NCBI GenBank assembly: GCA_051294375.1
Contig: CM119267.1
Location: 7,199,205-7,263,204, forward strand
Source of the DNA: Paraspadella gotoi
Taxonomy: Eukaryota > Animalia > Chaetognatha
Direction: 5' to 3'
Length of the DNA stretch: 64,000 bases
Each line of letters opens with the position of its first letter. The stretch's first letter is position 1. The translations under genes were made by a program, and so were the position numbers. The notes under the pieces are model-generated. The model was not told the DNA's origin. It worked only from the letters and a program-made list of their open reading frames with translations, and searched no databases. Below, piece after piece: positions 1-13,290 of this stretch.

Positions 1-105
1 CGTTCGTTTCGTTATTTCGTTATTTTCGTTCGTTCGTTCGTTCGTTGGTGTCGTTTCGTTCGTTCGTTTCGTTCCGTATCGTTCGTCGTTCGTTCGTTTC
101 AGTTC
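1..105. repeat. (CGTT)n microsatellite, imperfect
   Basis: cgttcgttcgttcgtt runs with occasional extra T, from the window start. Confidence 0.9.
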
Positions 106-3100
106 GTAGAATATATTAAGGAGAAGTAAAAAAATTACAGAGATAAAAGAGTATAAATACGGAAGAAGTTACTTTGCGCAGGAGTCTCAACATCTATTAT
201 GGAAAAAAAATGCTCAGGAAAAAGGAAAGGATGATTAACTATAAATTTGAGAGCACGCTCCCAGGTCTGATCAGAGTCAGGGAATTGTTGTTATCGGTTA
301 GAGAGTCGAAATACTTACTCTTGACTGCATCTGGAGCGTAAGCGTTAAAAATGAATTACATATACTAGCAGAAAGGCATGGTAGAGGGAGTAGGTATGAC
401 TCAGAGAAAGAAATGAAAGAGAAAGAAAAATAGAAAAGATAAGAAAGAAATAAATTATAAAGAGAGACAATGATGATATGAATTTCTGAGATTTTAAGTA
501 GATATAAATAAACGAACCTCGAGTATGGGATTTAAACAAGAGATGGAGAAAATAGTTTGAAGTAGAAAAGTAACTCCAAATTTGAAGAAAATAAAAGTCA
601 AAGAGACGAGTCTTTTCTGCAGCACAATCACACAAACATATAAAGAAGTGTTATAAACTCGATCCGTTTGTTAACATTGTCAAGCTAACATTAGACGGTA
701 CACAAACCGAATAGTATTGACAAAATTGACCCAGGTTCAGGGTTCGAGAGGCGATCAAAGATAAAGGTCACATAGAGTAGCACGCATCCAGAACACATTA
801 CTTACACATTATTCTCATATGTAGTATTTAATTACTTTCTAGGAAATCGCATAATTTACTTACACACTAAAAATTTACCTATAGCATATTTGGATAATTC
901 AGTGACGTTACATGAACTATCTTATAATATAGATATTAACACTTTTCAACTCAAGTCACAGTATTTTTTCTGAGAGATTGCATCACTGATCTCTTTCTTC
1001 CATCTCTCCATCAATTCTCTCTCTCTTATCTTACACAGCCGCGTACTCTCTTTCTTTTTTTTTGTAACTTCTCGGCATCGAATCGTAAAATGCTTTTTTT
1101 CTTCCGATCATCTTCCGTTCAAAGCGAGACGTCACTCTCTCTCTCTCTTGCTCGCTGCCCTCGGCAAAGTCAATCTCGAGCGGAATCGTAGCCGGAGGTC
1201 ATCTCGATCTCTTTCTCACGTCGCTGCTCCAACAAACTAAGAGGAGCAATGAGATAAGACACTTTGGGCGGAGGAATGAGAAAGACGGAAATTCGATTTT
1301 AGCGAGAGGCAAGGAGTTAACCTGGACGTCTGGGGCAATTTAAGGGTCCATTATCTCATCGTTGTGCTCTATTACTTTTATTACATTTTTTCCCTACTTT
1401 TAAACTCTCTCTCTCTTCTTTTGTTTTTTTCGCTTTCTCTCCTTTTTTTTTAAATATCTTTTTTTTTTTGATCTCCTGGGGTAGGCGGGGGTGGTAAATG
1501 ATAGTTATTATATTCAAAAGTTATTATTCCGGACAGTCTGTCGTGATAGAATTTTACCGTTAAACCTGAAGGCGCCCAGCGGATAATCTAGTTTAAATAA
1601 TTTGTATATGTTTAAGCGGTTGAAGTTTATAGTAGAGAGTTAAAAACACTAATGTAGTAGCTGAAATTAGAAATTATTAATTGTTAGACACTCAAAGCTC
1701 TGAAACTCCGTATATCCCAATTTTCACTCTTCCGGAGTTTGACGCAACACATGGGCGACTTACTATTTGTGGATCATCATATTGTATATGATATTGTAAC
1801 TTGATTATTGAAAAGATTTGTGAATGAACGAGCGAGTGATATAGAATGCATACGTCGGAGAGAACAGAACTCTAATTAAGAATGTAATGAAACGAAATGA
1901 ATGATAAATTTGAATTGTACAGAGGCACTGGGCTATGTTTTCACTTAGGTTTTCCCAGAGTTCAAGGCATTCAGTCCGGCTTCGTTTGGTATTTTGACGC
2001 GGCTAGTGCGTACAAAATAATTCCAGGCGAGCAGTAAGATACGGGGATGGGTCCTATCTACTATTCTATTGCAACGGACTTTGTAAAGAAATAATATCGT
2101 GAGTCACTGTCATTGACAAGGAAGCCAAGCGTCTGGATAGGTTAATTCGGCAACTCTCGCTAAATGAGAACTGGTAAATGGTCCAAGGTTCCTTGATTGC
2201 CGGACGTCTCCAACGTTGGGAGATAAGATAGTCTACCTAATTCATATGAAAACGAATAGATACATCTTTTCATACTGTGGTTGTTTCTCCCTTCACGTTC
2301 TCCGGTCTGTCCAACCTTGTACATAGCCTCGGTTACCAAATAAAATCGATCACCATAAGTCAAATAATGTCCAGAACTAGATCAAAGCATGATTTGCCAA
2401 CCCTACACATGAATCTTGTATAAAGAGGCCCTTCAATCGCGAAGACACAGACAGGATAAACTCAAATCCTAGGCGACTATACAACTTTTTTTCGAAACAG
2501 AATACTGAAGAGATGCGCGCGAATTCGCTTCAGATTGCCTTAAAGAGAACGTGAAGAATCTCGCATCTATTTCGCCTAACGCCTCGGACGTTCATCTTTT
2601 TGCTTTACGGTTTTGTTTTTTTTTTTTCAAATCTTCGGGGAACAACAATTAAGTGTCTCTTTAAATTAAAAAAAAAAAAAAGAAAAAACGTTTACGTTGC
2701 TCGTGGAGATCGACAGGGTCTGCTCCGTGGACTTAGCAGCGTAAGGGTCATCGATGCCGTGCAATAAAGTATGGGAACGCCAAGGCTAGGCCGCCGTCCC
2801 CCCCGCTTTAGGGAAAATTCCTAGTATACTATAAGGGAATAAAGAACAGAATTTTTGTGCGTGGCAAATTCACCGACTTCGCTAATTCCGCTTCGCCTCG
2901 TTTTTTTCCTTCCTGTCCTTCCTCCCTCTTTCCCTCTAACTCACCCACCTTTCCATCACCTTACCCGACGAACTTACCCTCAGAAAATTCTCATTCCTAT
3001 TCAATTCCTCTTCCTCTTCCTCTTCCTCTTCCTCCGACGTCATCGGCGAAGCGAATGTAATCTTCTGCGCATAAAACATTTATCCTCTTTGGGGTGAGCC

Positions 3101-3106
3101 GTCTAC

Positions 3107-3207
<101 letters not shown>

Positions 3208-3433
3208 TCTCTTCACTTTCTCATTTCATCCACTAATTAAATACGTGACGAGATAAAAAAAATTCTTCGCGACCTCACTCTCAGTTGTCTATCTTCTCTC
3301 TTCTCTCTCTCTCTCTCTTCTCTCTCTCTTCCATCTCTCTCTCTCTCTNNNNNNNNNNNNNNNNNNNNNNNNNNNNNNNNNNNNNNNNNNNNNNNNNNNN
3401 NNNNNNNNNNTCTCTCACTCCTTTCCTCCCTCC

Positions 3434-4230
3434 TCAGACTCCTTGACATTTTCGCAAGGATGACTTCACCTTTCTGGTCGACGCAAAGAAAAAAGTCAAG
3501 AGAGCCTCTCTCGCATTGCAACGCTAAGGTCGCAAACCGAGAATCAAATGTCTCGTGGGATGACAACCTGGTCAGATGACAAAGTTTGTTTTTTTATTTA
3601 TTATGAAAGTTGGTTTGATTTGCATTGGGTAATGTGTATTGTATTGTGTAATGTGCAATTTGATCCCTGATATTCACCAATATTCTGCCCGATATTTTGT
3701 CTTCGTTTTGTTCCAATTATCTTTAGACTTTTTTCCAATTTCCGATACACCGCTCCTTTCGCCTAGACCAGCTCCTACTGCTCGCCATGGGCGACTTCAA
3801 CTCAGGCAGTAGGACCTCTCATTCTCGATAAAAAAAAACGGAACTTTTTTTTCAAAAAGCGACAGATTTCCTTAATTTAATCCTAAACTGGATTTTAATG
3901 ATAATTTCTAACCATAATCTCTTACTAAATTATAAACTTAACCCTAGTTCTTACCTGTTACCCAATAACTTACCCAATAACTAGCCCTCGTCATTAACCC
4001 CTGACCGTAAATCTAATCCCTATCCGAGTCCAAAACCTAATCCCTAATCCTAATCCCTAACGTAATGCTTAACTCTAGACCCTAACCTATTCGTTAAACT
4101 CAAAAGTGGGCGCTTTTAGAAAATATGGCAAAAAAAACACTTTCTCCAATCTTTTAATTCTCAATCCTATTCACTTTCTCTCCTCCTTCCTCCCAATTTT
4201 TTCAGATCCTCCCTTCCTCTTTCATCTCCT
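3434..4230 (+). repeat. Copy A of an ~0.7-0.8 kb direct duplication (copy B ~5446-6115)
   Basis: Colinear shared blocks: cagactccttg, acctggtc, tgtgtattgtatt, tattctgcccgatatt, gcctagacca, gctcgccatgg, gggcgcttt, tattcactttctctcct. Confidence 0.85.
3840..4130. mobile_element. MITE-like element with degenerate CCCTAA internal array (telomere-like family, copy a)
   Basis: Left end ttttcaaaaagcgac and right end gggcgcttttagaaaatatggc are imperfect inverted repeats; interior contains cctaatccctaatcctaatccctaac. Confidence 0.55.
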
Positions 4231-4453
4231 CTCTCCGCCCCGAACTGGCAAGCGATGAACGCAGCCATCGATTCGCCGAGCGGCCGCTTTCGAACTTTAA
4301 CCGCCGTCGATTCGAGGGGCGCGCTTGCCCAGAATGCTCAAGTAACAACCTGAGTCGCTCCGTGTTGGGGAATTGCAATTTGCCATTGATCTCCCATTGC
4401 ATTCGTCAATTGGGAATCCGCGATGTTGAATCGACCTTTTGACCGCCCCCTAG
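4206..4453 (+). CDS. Candidate internal exon of an unidentified gene (probably carrying sequencing indels)
   Basis: Pyrimidine tract and ttttttcag acceptor ending at 4205, TAG|gtgagt donor at 4454, locally GC-rich. One frame is open almost to the end (ILPSSFISSLRPELAS...RDVESTF*). No recognisable domain. Confidence 0.35.
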
Positions 4454-5445
4454 GTGAGTCAATATCCAAAAGTTCTTTTGAATCGCAAAGAAATCTACAC
4501 AGCAAAAATCCGGGTGGGCCTAAAAAAATCCAGGTTCGACCAAACTCACCCTTACTTCTTCAAATATGATTGAACACCCTTAGCGCTACTAGTGCTTGAA
4601 GGCATTTTGGCACACCGCTTTCACATCATAATTCTCTGTGCTAAAATATAAAAGATTTTACTTGTTGCAACGCTTATTTATCAAGTTAGAGAAAATCTAT
4701 GGAGTTAATTCGTGTTAATTTTCAAAGACAAAACTACATCAAATAGCTTTACAACATCATCAGGCAATCTGCTGGATGGAAGGTAGAAGTCCATTATTAC
4801 TTGATGTCTATATCTTTCTAAGTCTGGGGGGAGTAGCACAAAGTTGTTTCTATATAATTTTATTCACAAATAAGCTGCTTCTAAATGATAAAATAAGTTT
4901 TTAAAAAAATATCAGTGTAGTCACATACCTGGAGGATCTTTTTCTGTACAAAACCTATAATATTTCTAAAACATAATTGCAAAAAACCAAGTAACGCTAA
5001 ATATTTTTTCTTCCTCCCGGCGAAACTAAAATAAAAAAGGTAAAAAAATTTATTAATTGAAAATTTTGAAATTATTCTTGGAAAAAATTTACAATGACTT
5101 TTGGACAACACAAATAAATTGGCTTCTCTTTTTGTCTGTTAATATATAGAGATATATTCTGCTTTTTTTTTTCCAAAAAAAAAACCCAATTTTTTATTAC
5201 ACTTTTATGATATATGGAGGGAGACTTTGTTGTGTGAATCAGTGAAATCCAGTTTAAATGTTGTTCCTAACTGTAAATCGTGCAATTTGCAAATAGACTT
5301 CTAAGTAAAGTTTCTGATTGGATTGATTGGTAGACAAAAAACCCGGGACGAACAACAACAAGGAACCAATAGGAAGAATACGATTAAAACAACTGTTTCT
5401 TTGTATCTTTCTTTTTCTCTCGTTGTGCTCATTTCTACTTTTTGT

Positions 5446-6115
5446 TCAGACTCCTTGCATTTTCGGGAGGGTGATCTTTCTGGGTCCGAGTCAGTCGGAG
5501 AGTCTTCGCCATTGCCGCCCCTAAGGTGAACCGGCTCATGTTCGTGGGCCCGACACCTGGTCGACTGCAGTTTGTTTTTTCCATTTTATGACAGTTGGTT
5601 TATTTGGCTTGGGTATGTGTATTGTATTTGGTGTAGTCATTTTGATCCTGCATATTCACCTATTCTGCCCGATATTGTCCTTCGTTTTTGTTTCCATTCT
5701 CTTTCAGCACTTTTTTCCCCCACTTTCCGCATACCCCGCTCCTTTGCCTAGACCACATGCTCCTACTTGCTCGCCATGGCCGAACTTACTCAGTCGGGTG
5801 GACTCTCCACTTCTCGATCCACAGACACCGGCATTTTTTTTCGCGACACCGACGACTTTCTTATTTTCCTCCTGGATTTTATGTATTTCTCCCCATCTTT
5901 TACTCTAACTATCTAGTTCCCTCCCTCTTCCCCATCTACACCCTGACCGTTCTATCCCTATCGAGTCACCTTCCTATCCTACCCTACTCCCCATGGGGCG
6001 CTTTGGACATAATGGCCAAATATCTTTTTTATTCCTTTCTCAATTTTATTCTCAATCTATTCACTTTCTCTCCTCTTCTCCCATTTTTTCAAGAATCCTC
6101 CCTTCCTCTTTATCT
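5446..6115 (+). repeat. Copy B of the 3434-4230 duplication (A-depleted, garbled)
   Basis: Same blocks in the same order as copy A, with many A residues missing. Confidence 0.8.
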
Positions 6116-6325
6116 CCTCTCTCACTCTCTTCTCTTTCCCCCCTCTCCTCTCCCCCCCCTTCAACCCTACCCCTCCCTTTAGTATCGACAGAAGAGAAGC
6201 TGTTGTTTTGTCGTCGGAGCGTGAATCGACTTCGAAAGCGGAACTCTCTCCTCGAATTGCGCCGTAAAAAGGACAAAAGGTAAACGGCAGAACAAGAGAG
6301 AGAGAGAGAGAGAGAATGAGAGAGA

Positions 6326-6388
<63 letters not shown>

Positions 6389-7495
6389 ACAGCCAAATGC
6401 AAAAAATTTGACGACATTAATTTGCGAATTCGTTCACTGGAAACTTTCTCCATTTTCAAAACAAATGGTATGGTTCATTTTTCTCCAATGATTATATATG
6501 TGGAGAATAAATCGAGACTATATTAGGCGCCTAATGTCTCACAATTCACAGGTTGCGCAAGGTAACGATATCCGGGGTCAGGGGGTGCGTCGGAAACGGG
6601 CACGTCGCGACTCACGCGGGCGTCGTCAAAAAAATGCGCTCGGTGCGGAGGCCAAACGCGACGAGAAAGACGCCCCTTTCTCTCTCCTCCATCATCTTCC
6701 CCCTCCTCCTCTTCTCTCTCTCTCTCTTCTATCTCTTCACCTCTCTTTTCCTCTCTCTCTCTCTCTCTCTCTTTCCTCTCCTCTCTCACTCGCTGCTCAC
6801 TCGCTGCGCAGGCGGCGAGAATGCGTCGTCGCTTAATAGATTCTCTCTTTCGCATCCCGGATCAGAAGCATGGCCACCCGGGAAAAACGGTGGATTCCCT
6901 CTCTCTTTCTCTCTCTCTCTCCTTCCTCTCTCTCGTTGCTACTGTCTCTCTCTCTCTCTCTCTACTCTCTCTATCTCTCTCTCTCTCCTCTCTCTCTCCT
7001 CTCTCTCTCTAATGCAATTTCTTGATAGGAAAGAACGAAAAAAAAAAAGAAAAAATTTCTTCCTAGTAAAAAGCTGTAATTTTCGTTCGCGTCTTTTTTC
7101 ATCTTGCTAAAAGCTTCGTTCAATTTTTTTTGGTTTATGAAAAACTATCTAAATTATGGTTCGTTTATGCATTTTCCTCTTNNNNNNNNNNNNNNNNNNN
7201 NNNNNNTAACTTTAATTAAATACCGGTACGACATTTAAAAATTTTCTGTGATTACAATTTTATTTTTTTGACTAATTCAGCGTTTAATATTTAACAGTCT
7301 TGATCCACGATGATTTTAAACGTCTTAATTGTTTCTAGTTGCTATTACTTCGGCTCTCTATTCACGTATAACGCATTTAAGCTCTCTCTCTGTGGTTTTT
7401 ATGTCGTCTCTTACATTCAATTTTATGTAAATTAGCAAGGGTTTCCCTCTTAACGAAGTTTCCCATCTTCATGAGCTGTGTGGCTTCTTTTTATT

Positions 7496-7700
7496 TTTAG
7501 TTGCGCAGGGAGTACTCGCGGAGCAACTCTATAAGTCACTTTTCGGTCGGTTTGTCGGTATATCTGTCCTACTTACGTTAAAAATGCATATAATTAGCCT
7601 TCAGAAAATCCTAAAACTGTCATGTCATGTCATGTCACGAGAAATAAACGTGATAAAGCAGTCACTGCGGCGCAACACATTTTAATTACCGTTCTTGTTT
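7496..7700 (+). mobile_element. Helentron-associated non-autonomous element (HINE/DINE-1-like), degenerate
   Basis: 5' ttttAGTTGCGC...GCAACTctata hairpin, then tcggtcggtttgtcgg and (TGTCA)n microsatellites, a 3' subterminal inverted copy GCGCAAC (7670-7676) and terminal cttgtt, with T-rich flanks. This matches the established HINE/DINE-1 layout. Confidence 0.55.
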
Positions 7701-7960
7701 ATTTTTAAATCATTTTTTACTGTTGAACTTTCCGTCTATGGACTACAATTACTTAATGTAAAATATATTCGTTTTATTCTGTCTGTTTTTCTTCGCTCTT
7801 CATCTTCTTCTTCATTATTTTCTTTATCTTCTTTTCTTCTTCTTTATCATCTTTTTTTTTCCTTCGTTGACTCTTTCTCTCTCTCCTTCGCTTTCTGTCA
7901 CATTCATTTTCTCTTCCTCTCATTCGCTCTCTCTTTTAGTTTTAAATCTAATTCTCTAGT

Positions 7961-7999
<39 letters not shown>

Positions 8000-8044
8000 A
8001 TCTCCTTCCTTTTCTTGTCTCCGCTTCCACTGAGGTGGTCTCCT

Positions 8045-8672
8045 AACTTTCATGTCTCTTTCATGTTTTTTTTTTTTTCGGGGACTCACTAAGTTAAAAA
8101 TGAACGCAACATGAGAGAATTATAAAAACTCATTGCACATTCACTCTTCTTCTCAACCATAAAAGATAGAATACGATATTAACTGAAAACATGCGAGGAA
8201 AAATGAGAGAAAACGGGTAGAATAATTAAAATCATTAAGAGGGAAAACGGAGAGAATTAAAGAAAGGGGAATTAGAAATATTCCGGGTGCATCCCTCTTA
8301 AACGAGACAATATCTTATAATCAAGCTCTCTCTCTCCTCCTNNNNNNNNNNNNNNNNNNNNNNNNNCTTCAACTTTCATGTCTCTTTCATGTTTCTTTTT
8401 TTTTTCGACTCAAACTAGTTAAAAATGAACGCAAACATTGAGAGAATTTTATAAAAACTCATTGACATTTTCACTCTTTCTTCTCAAACCATAAAGATAG
8501 AATAACGATCATTACACTGAAAAACAGTGAGAGGAAAAATGAGAGAAAACGGGTAAAGATAATTACAAATCATTAAGAGGAGAAAAACGGAGAGAAATTA
8601 AAGAAAAAGGGAATTAGAAATATTCCGGGTTGCATCCCTCTTCAAACGAGAATTCCAATATTCCATTAATCA

Positions 8673-8680
<8 letters not shown>
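8045..8680 (+). repeat. ~300 bp tandem duplicate straddling a 25-N gap (8045-8341 vs 8367-8680), likely assembly artefact
   Basis: aactttcatgtctctttcatg...aaaaatgaacgcaa...gaattagaa...tattccgggt...gcatccctctt occurs on both sides of the gap, differing largely by indels. Confidence 0.85.
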
Positions 8681-8732
<52 letters not shown>

Positions 8733-11700
8733 CTCCGAGTCCCTCATTTTATCACTGCCTTTACTTCTTTCTTTTTTTCCCTTAGAGTCTTGAACATGCA
8801 CAATGTGCATTGCATTGCACACTGCAGATAATATTTTTGTTTAATATTATATTTCGAGCATTCAAAATTCAAAAGCTGTATAAACACATTCATAAACTTC
8901 AAAATGACTCAATGAGTTACAATAACAAACGCTTTCAATAATAATTTAAAAACTAGATCTCTAATTCCTTCTAGGACCTGACATAGCTATAAATCAAGTT
9001 TTGCTTTCAATCATTTCTGAATCACTAATCACTAATCAACAAACTTTTTCGTTGATTTAACCATTCCACGGAAATAAATTCGTTAAATATTAATATTAAT
9101 ATGAACAATATTTCGGCCATAAAAAAAACAACAATGCTGCCAACAAAAAAAAATCGATCAAATAATGATCGCGCGACGCATGAAATAATCCTCTGCCAAA
9201 AAAAACAAACAAAAAAAACTCGGAAATCGCACGTGTCCGTCACGTGACCGCGTCGAAACGACGCCCATTTCGCGCACGCACGGAACACACACGCGCGGGT
9301 AACACGCGCGGTACACGCGACGCTCGCTTGACCGTCGCATCAATCTTTTCGCCCCGCGTCGTTCGTAACTGAGGGGTCGTCGAGGGAAAGACGGGGCGNN
9401 NNNNNNNNNNNNNNNNNNNNNNNNNNNNNNNNNNNNNNNNNNNNNNNNNNNNNNNNNNNNNNNNNNNNNNNNNNNNNNNNNNNNNNNNNNNNNNNNNNNN
9501 NNNNNNNNNNNNNNNNNNNNNNNNNNNNNNNNNNNNNGAAGCAGGGAAGTGAAGAGGTATTAAACGCGAAAGAAGGGGGAATGAGAGGAGCTGATTCGGA
9601 GAAGGGAGAGGGGACGGTGGTTATGGTTCAAGGGGAATAAGTCCGATGAGTGGAAGAGTTGAAGAGGGTCAGTAAAAAAAAGGGAGGCAAACCTGTCCCG
9701 GGGAGGGAGGAAGAGCGAGGGATATAAAGTCTCATTCACGAAGAAGAAAACGTAAATGGCGATTGTTTTCTTTTTATTATCGCTCGTCTCTCGTTCCGAT
9801 CGGCTCGGCTTATTTCCACGTTACTTGTCCCTAACCTTACCCTTTTTTTTGGGGTCACCAAAAAATCTCCCCCACTCTTCTTCCCTTTGCTTCCAATAAA
9901 CCGAATTGGAATTCCTAGCCTCGCATTCGTAGCCTTCGCCGAGGGAACTGGGTCAAATCATAAAATCGGCCAGAAGAATAAATAATAAAAAAAAAGAAAG
10001 GAAAGAAAGTTCTTTCCCTGCCTCCCCCCCCCCTTAAACCGGTTGATATTTCGTCGTCGTCGTCGTCGTCGTCACGATTCGTGTGAATTTCCTATCAAAT
10101 TCGTGACGAAATTTTCTTTTTTCAAAAAAAAAAGAAGCAAAAAAAAAAACTGTTTCCTAAATCTGAAGCTTTTTAACCCAGCCTCCCACCAACCAAAAAA
10201 AAATATTGTTTTTTTTATTATTTTGATAAAAAAAATCGCGGGAACAGAAAAGCTTAAAAGAAAAATAAAATGTTTTCGAATTCAAAGGCAGAAACTGCGG
10301 TTTATCCCTTCCACGTTTTTGCGATGGAAGAAATTCGTATTTTATTTTCTTTTTTTGTGTGCGTTTTTTTTTAAATTTCATTATACGAATTTTATACGAA
10401 AGTTTGTAGTGAGCCTAAAAAATTAAAAATAGTTTTCTATCTATGAGATTCATTGTTTAATTTTGTTTTTTATATATAAGTTTAAACGTCGAAAAAATTG
10501 AAATCTATAAAGTCAAAAACTTTCTACTCAGACTTGAAGTCTCAAGACTCAGACTTTCCGAATTTCCTTTAATCGTCTCTATTTCTCCCGGGGCGGTNNN
10601 NNNNNNNNNNNNNNNNNNNNNNNNNNNNNNNNNNNNNNNNNNNNNNNNNNNNNNNNNNNNNNNNNNNNNNNNNNNNNNNNNNNNNNNNNNNNNNNNNNNN
10701 NNNNNNNNNNNNNNNNNNNNNNNNNNNNNNNNNNNNNNNNNNNNNNNNNNNNNNNNNNNNNNNNNNNNNNNNNNNNNNNNNNNNNNNNNNNNNNNNNNNN
10801 NNNNNNNNNNNNNNNNNNNNNNNNNNNNNNNNNNNNNNNNNNNNNNNNNNNNNNNNNNNNNNNNNNNNNNNNNNNNNNNNNNNNNNNNNNNNNNNNNNNN
10901 NNNNNNNNNNNNNNNNNNNNNNNNNNNNNNNNNNNNNNNNNNNNNNNNNNNNNNNNNNNNNNNNNNNNNNNNNNNNNNNNNNNNNNNNNNNNNNNNNNNN
11001 NNNNNNNNNNNNNNNNNNNNNNNNNNNNNNNNNNNNNNNNNNNNNNNNNNNNNNNNNNNNNNNNNNNNNNNNNNNNNNNNNNNNNNNNNNNNNNNNNNNN
11101 NNNNNNTAGAGCTACTGACTCCCGGGAGTCCGTTTCGAGAATTCCGATTTTCGAAAAATCGGGGAAAAAAAATTTAAAATTGTCGAGAATAAAAAAAATT
11201 ATAATAAAATGAAAGAAAGGGTTGAATATTGAATTNNNNNNNNNNNNNNNNNNNNNNNNNTTTTTTCCTCCTTCCTCTCTTTTTCCCCTCGGCCACTCTC
11301 TCTCGTCTTCTCTCTCTCTTCCGATTTTCTCTTCATCTTCTGATCATCTCGTCTCTCCTCTCTCTGAAAAAAAAAGAAAAGAAAAGGAGAGAGAAGAAAA
11401 GGAAACCAATATGAAAACCAAGTTTCAAAAACACTTTGCTTTCTCTAATATTAGAAAACCAAGTTATAATCTTCTGGTAAATAGTAAAATTTCTAAGTAA
11501 TGCTCGCCATTCAAGAAAAAAAATGGGATTCATACATCATATATGATGATCATTAATTCAAAATAATGTTTGATGCAGAGTCATCCCCCCCCCCAATTCG
11601 AAACAAAAAACCCAACGAAAAAAAAAAGAAAATTGTTTTCCTTGTTCATCTCGTCGTTGTTGTTCTTTGTTGTTGTTCTTCGTTGTTGTTCTTTGTCCAG

Positions 11701-12321
11701 AATCTGCTGACGCAACTGTTTCCGACAGCGATTGGCGTTGCAAACGACTTCCATTGGCGCCGCAGTCGAAGAGCCAACAAGTTTTGAATGTTGGTTCAAC
11801 ATGTTGGTTCAACATGTAAAAGAGTTCAGCAACGCAGAGAATGGATTATCAATCAATTATTATTAATAATCAATATTTTTGATAATTATTATTATCTATT
11901 ATCAATTCATTCTTCGCAATGTCAGTGTCGACTAAGGGCTCTGCGATGATTTTATGTTTTTTCGAAGAAGCCAAAGACAAATTCAAGATATAAAATTAAA
12001 AAAAGAAAAATAAAGAAAAACGAAAATAAATAAAGAAAAGATGTGAATCCTATCCTCGTTAAGCCGCAAAAAAAAATGCCGCTCGTTAGCGAAGGAAGAA
12101 ACCACATGAAAAAGGAGATAAAAGGCAAAATTAGAAAAAAGGAAAAAAAAGAAAAAACCAAACAAAACAAACAAAAAAAATAAAGAAAACAAATGAGAAG
12201 AAGAAAAAAATCCAATTCTTTAGATTTTTTTTATTTTTTCCCTTCGATGCGCAAAGAAAATCTTAAAAAAGAAGAGGAGAAAAAATGTTGGGATGAAAAA
12301 TGAAGACGCTGGGATGGAATA

Positions 12322-12388
<67 letters not shown>

Positions 12389-13080
12389 AGAGAGAGAGAA
12401 GGACAGTGGGGGTTCTTTCTTTGTGAGAGAAACCGAGAAAACAAAAAGACATCATCGACGGAATAAAAGAGAACATAAAGGAGATAAGAAGAGAATAAAA
12501 GCTAGTGAGCGATAAGAGGAGGAGAGAGAGAGATGAGAGAGAGAGAGAGGAGAGGAGAGAGCAGCGAGAGAGAGAGGCAGGAGCTCAGAGGTGAGGAGAA
12601 GAAGAGAGAGAGAGATTGAGTGGATTTAAGATTCTCGCGTCGTTTGACTTCTCCGTCTCTCGTTTTGAATAATTGATTTTCTGAATTTCTATCAAAGTCT
12701 CTTTCCTTTTTTCTTTTCCTTTTTTCTTTTCCTTTTTTCTTTTTCCTTTTTTCTTTTTCCTTTTTTTCTCCTTTTTCATTCGCGTACGAGGAATTCTAAT
12801 TAACTACGCGATCGTCGCCGTTGAGCGACTTCGGTCTCGGGAGATTCCATCCTTCCGTCCGTCCGTTCGTCCGACTCTACTTCCATCTCTTTTTCCGTTT
12901 CTTACTTATATCCGAGTGTCCCTGTTGAATTATAAGTCAAAAATGCTCATTAAACGAATTTTTGTGCTTTTAATATTTGTATTTTGAGATTGAATATCGC
13001 AGTTTATATAGCGAGAAAGTGAGAGTGTGGAATTTACTGAGGTAAGGATTTTGAATTTTATCATATATATATGTGGAGGA

Positions 13081-13290
13081 AATTGGTAAAACCAATATAG
13101 AGATTATTCATTCATTCAATCAATAAACTCTCTGGACCCTGACCTTGGACTTGCTACGGTGGGTTATGGGGGATCATGGCTCTCGTTCCTCTAACAAGAT
13201 TTTCACATGGCATGACCCTTGAAAATTTCTATCAAGACTCTTCCACAGGTCTACAAATTACCAGCTGACTCATAAAGTTTCAATGAATTC
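13081..13290 (+). repeat. Dispersed ~210 bp repeat (diverged copy at ~42418-42630)
   Basis: aattggtaaaaccaatata...ccctgac...acaagat...tcaagactct...aaagtttcaat vs aattggtgaaaccaatata...ccctgac...acaagat...tcgagactct...aaagtttcaat. Confidence 0.6.

Noticed and set aside
3766-3805. LLLLAMGDFNS as an endonuclease/exonuclease/phosphatase (GDFN) motif of a LINE or CCR4-type protein
   Set aside because: Only 13 codons, not retained in the second copy (~5752-5795), and no other EEP or reverse-transcriptase motifs nearby.
4496-4520. tacacagcaaaaa as a DNA-transposon terminus
   Set aside because: No matching inverted partner or TSD found nearby.
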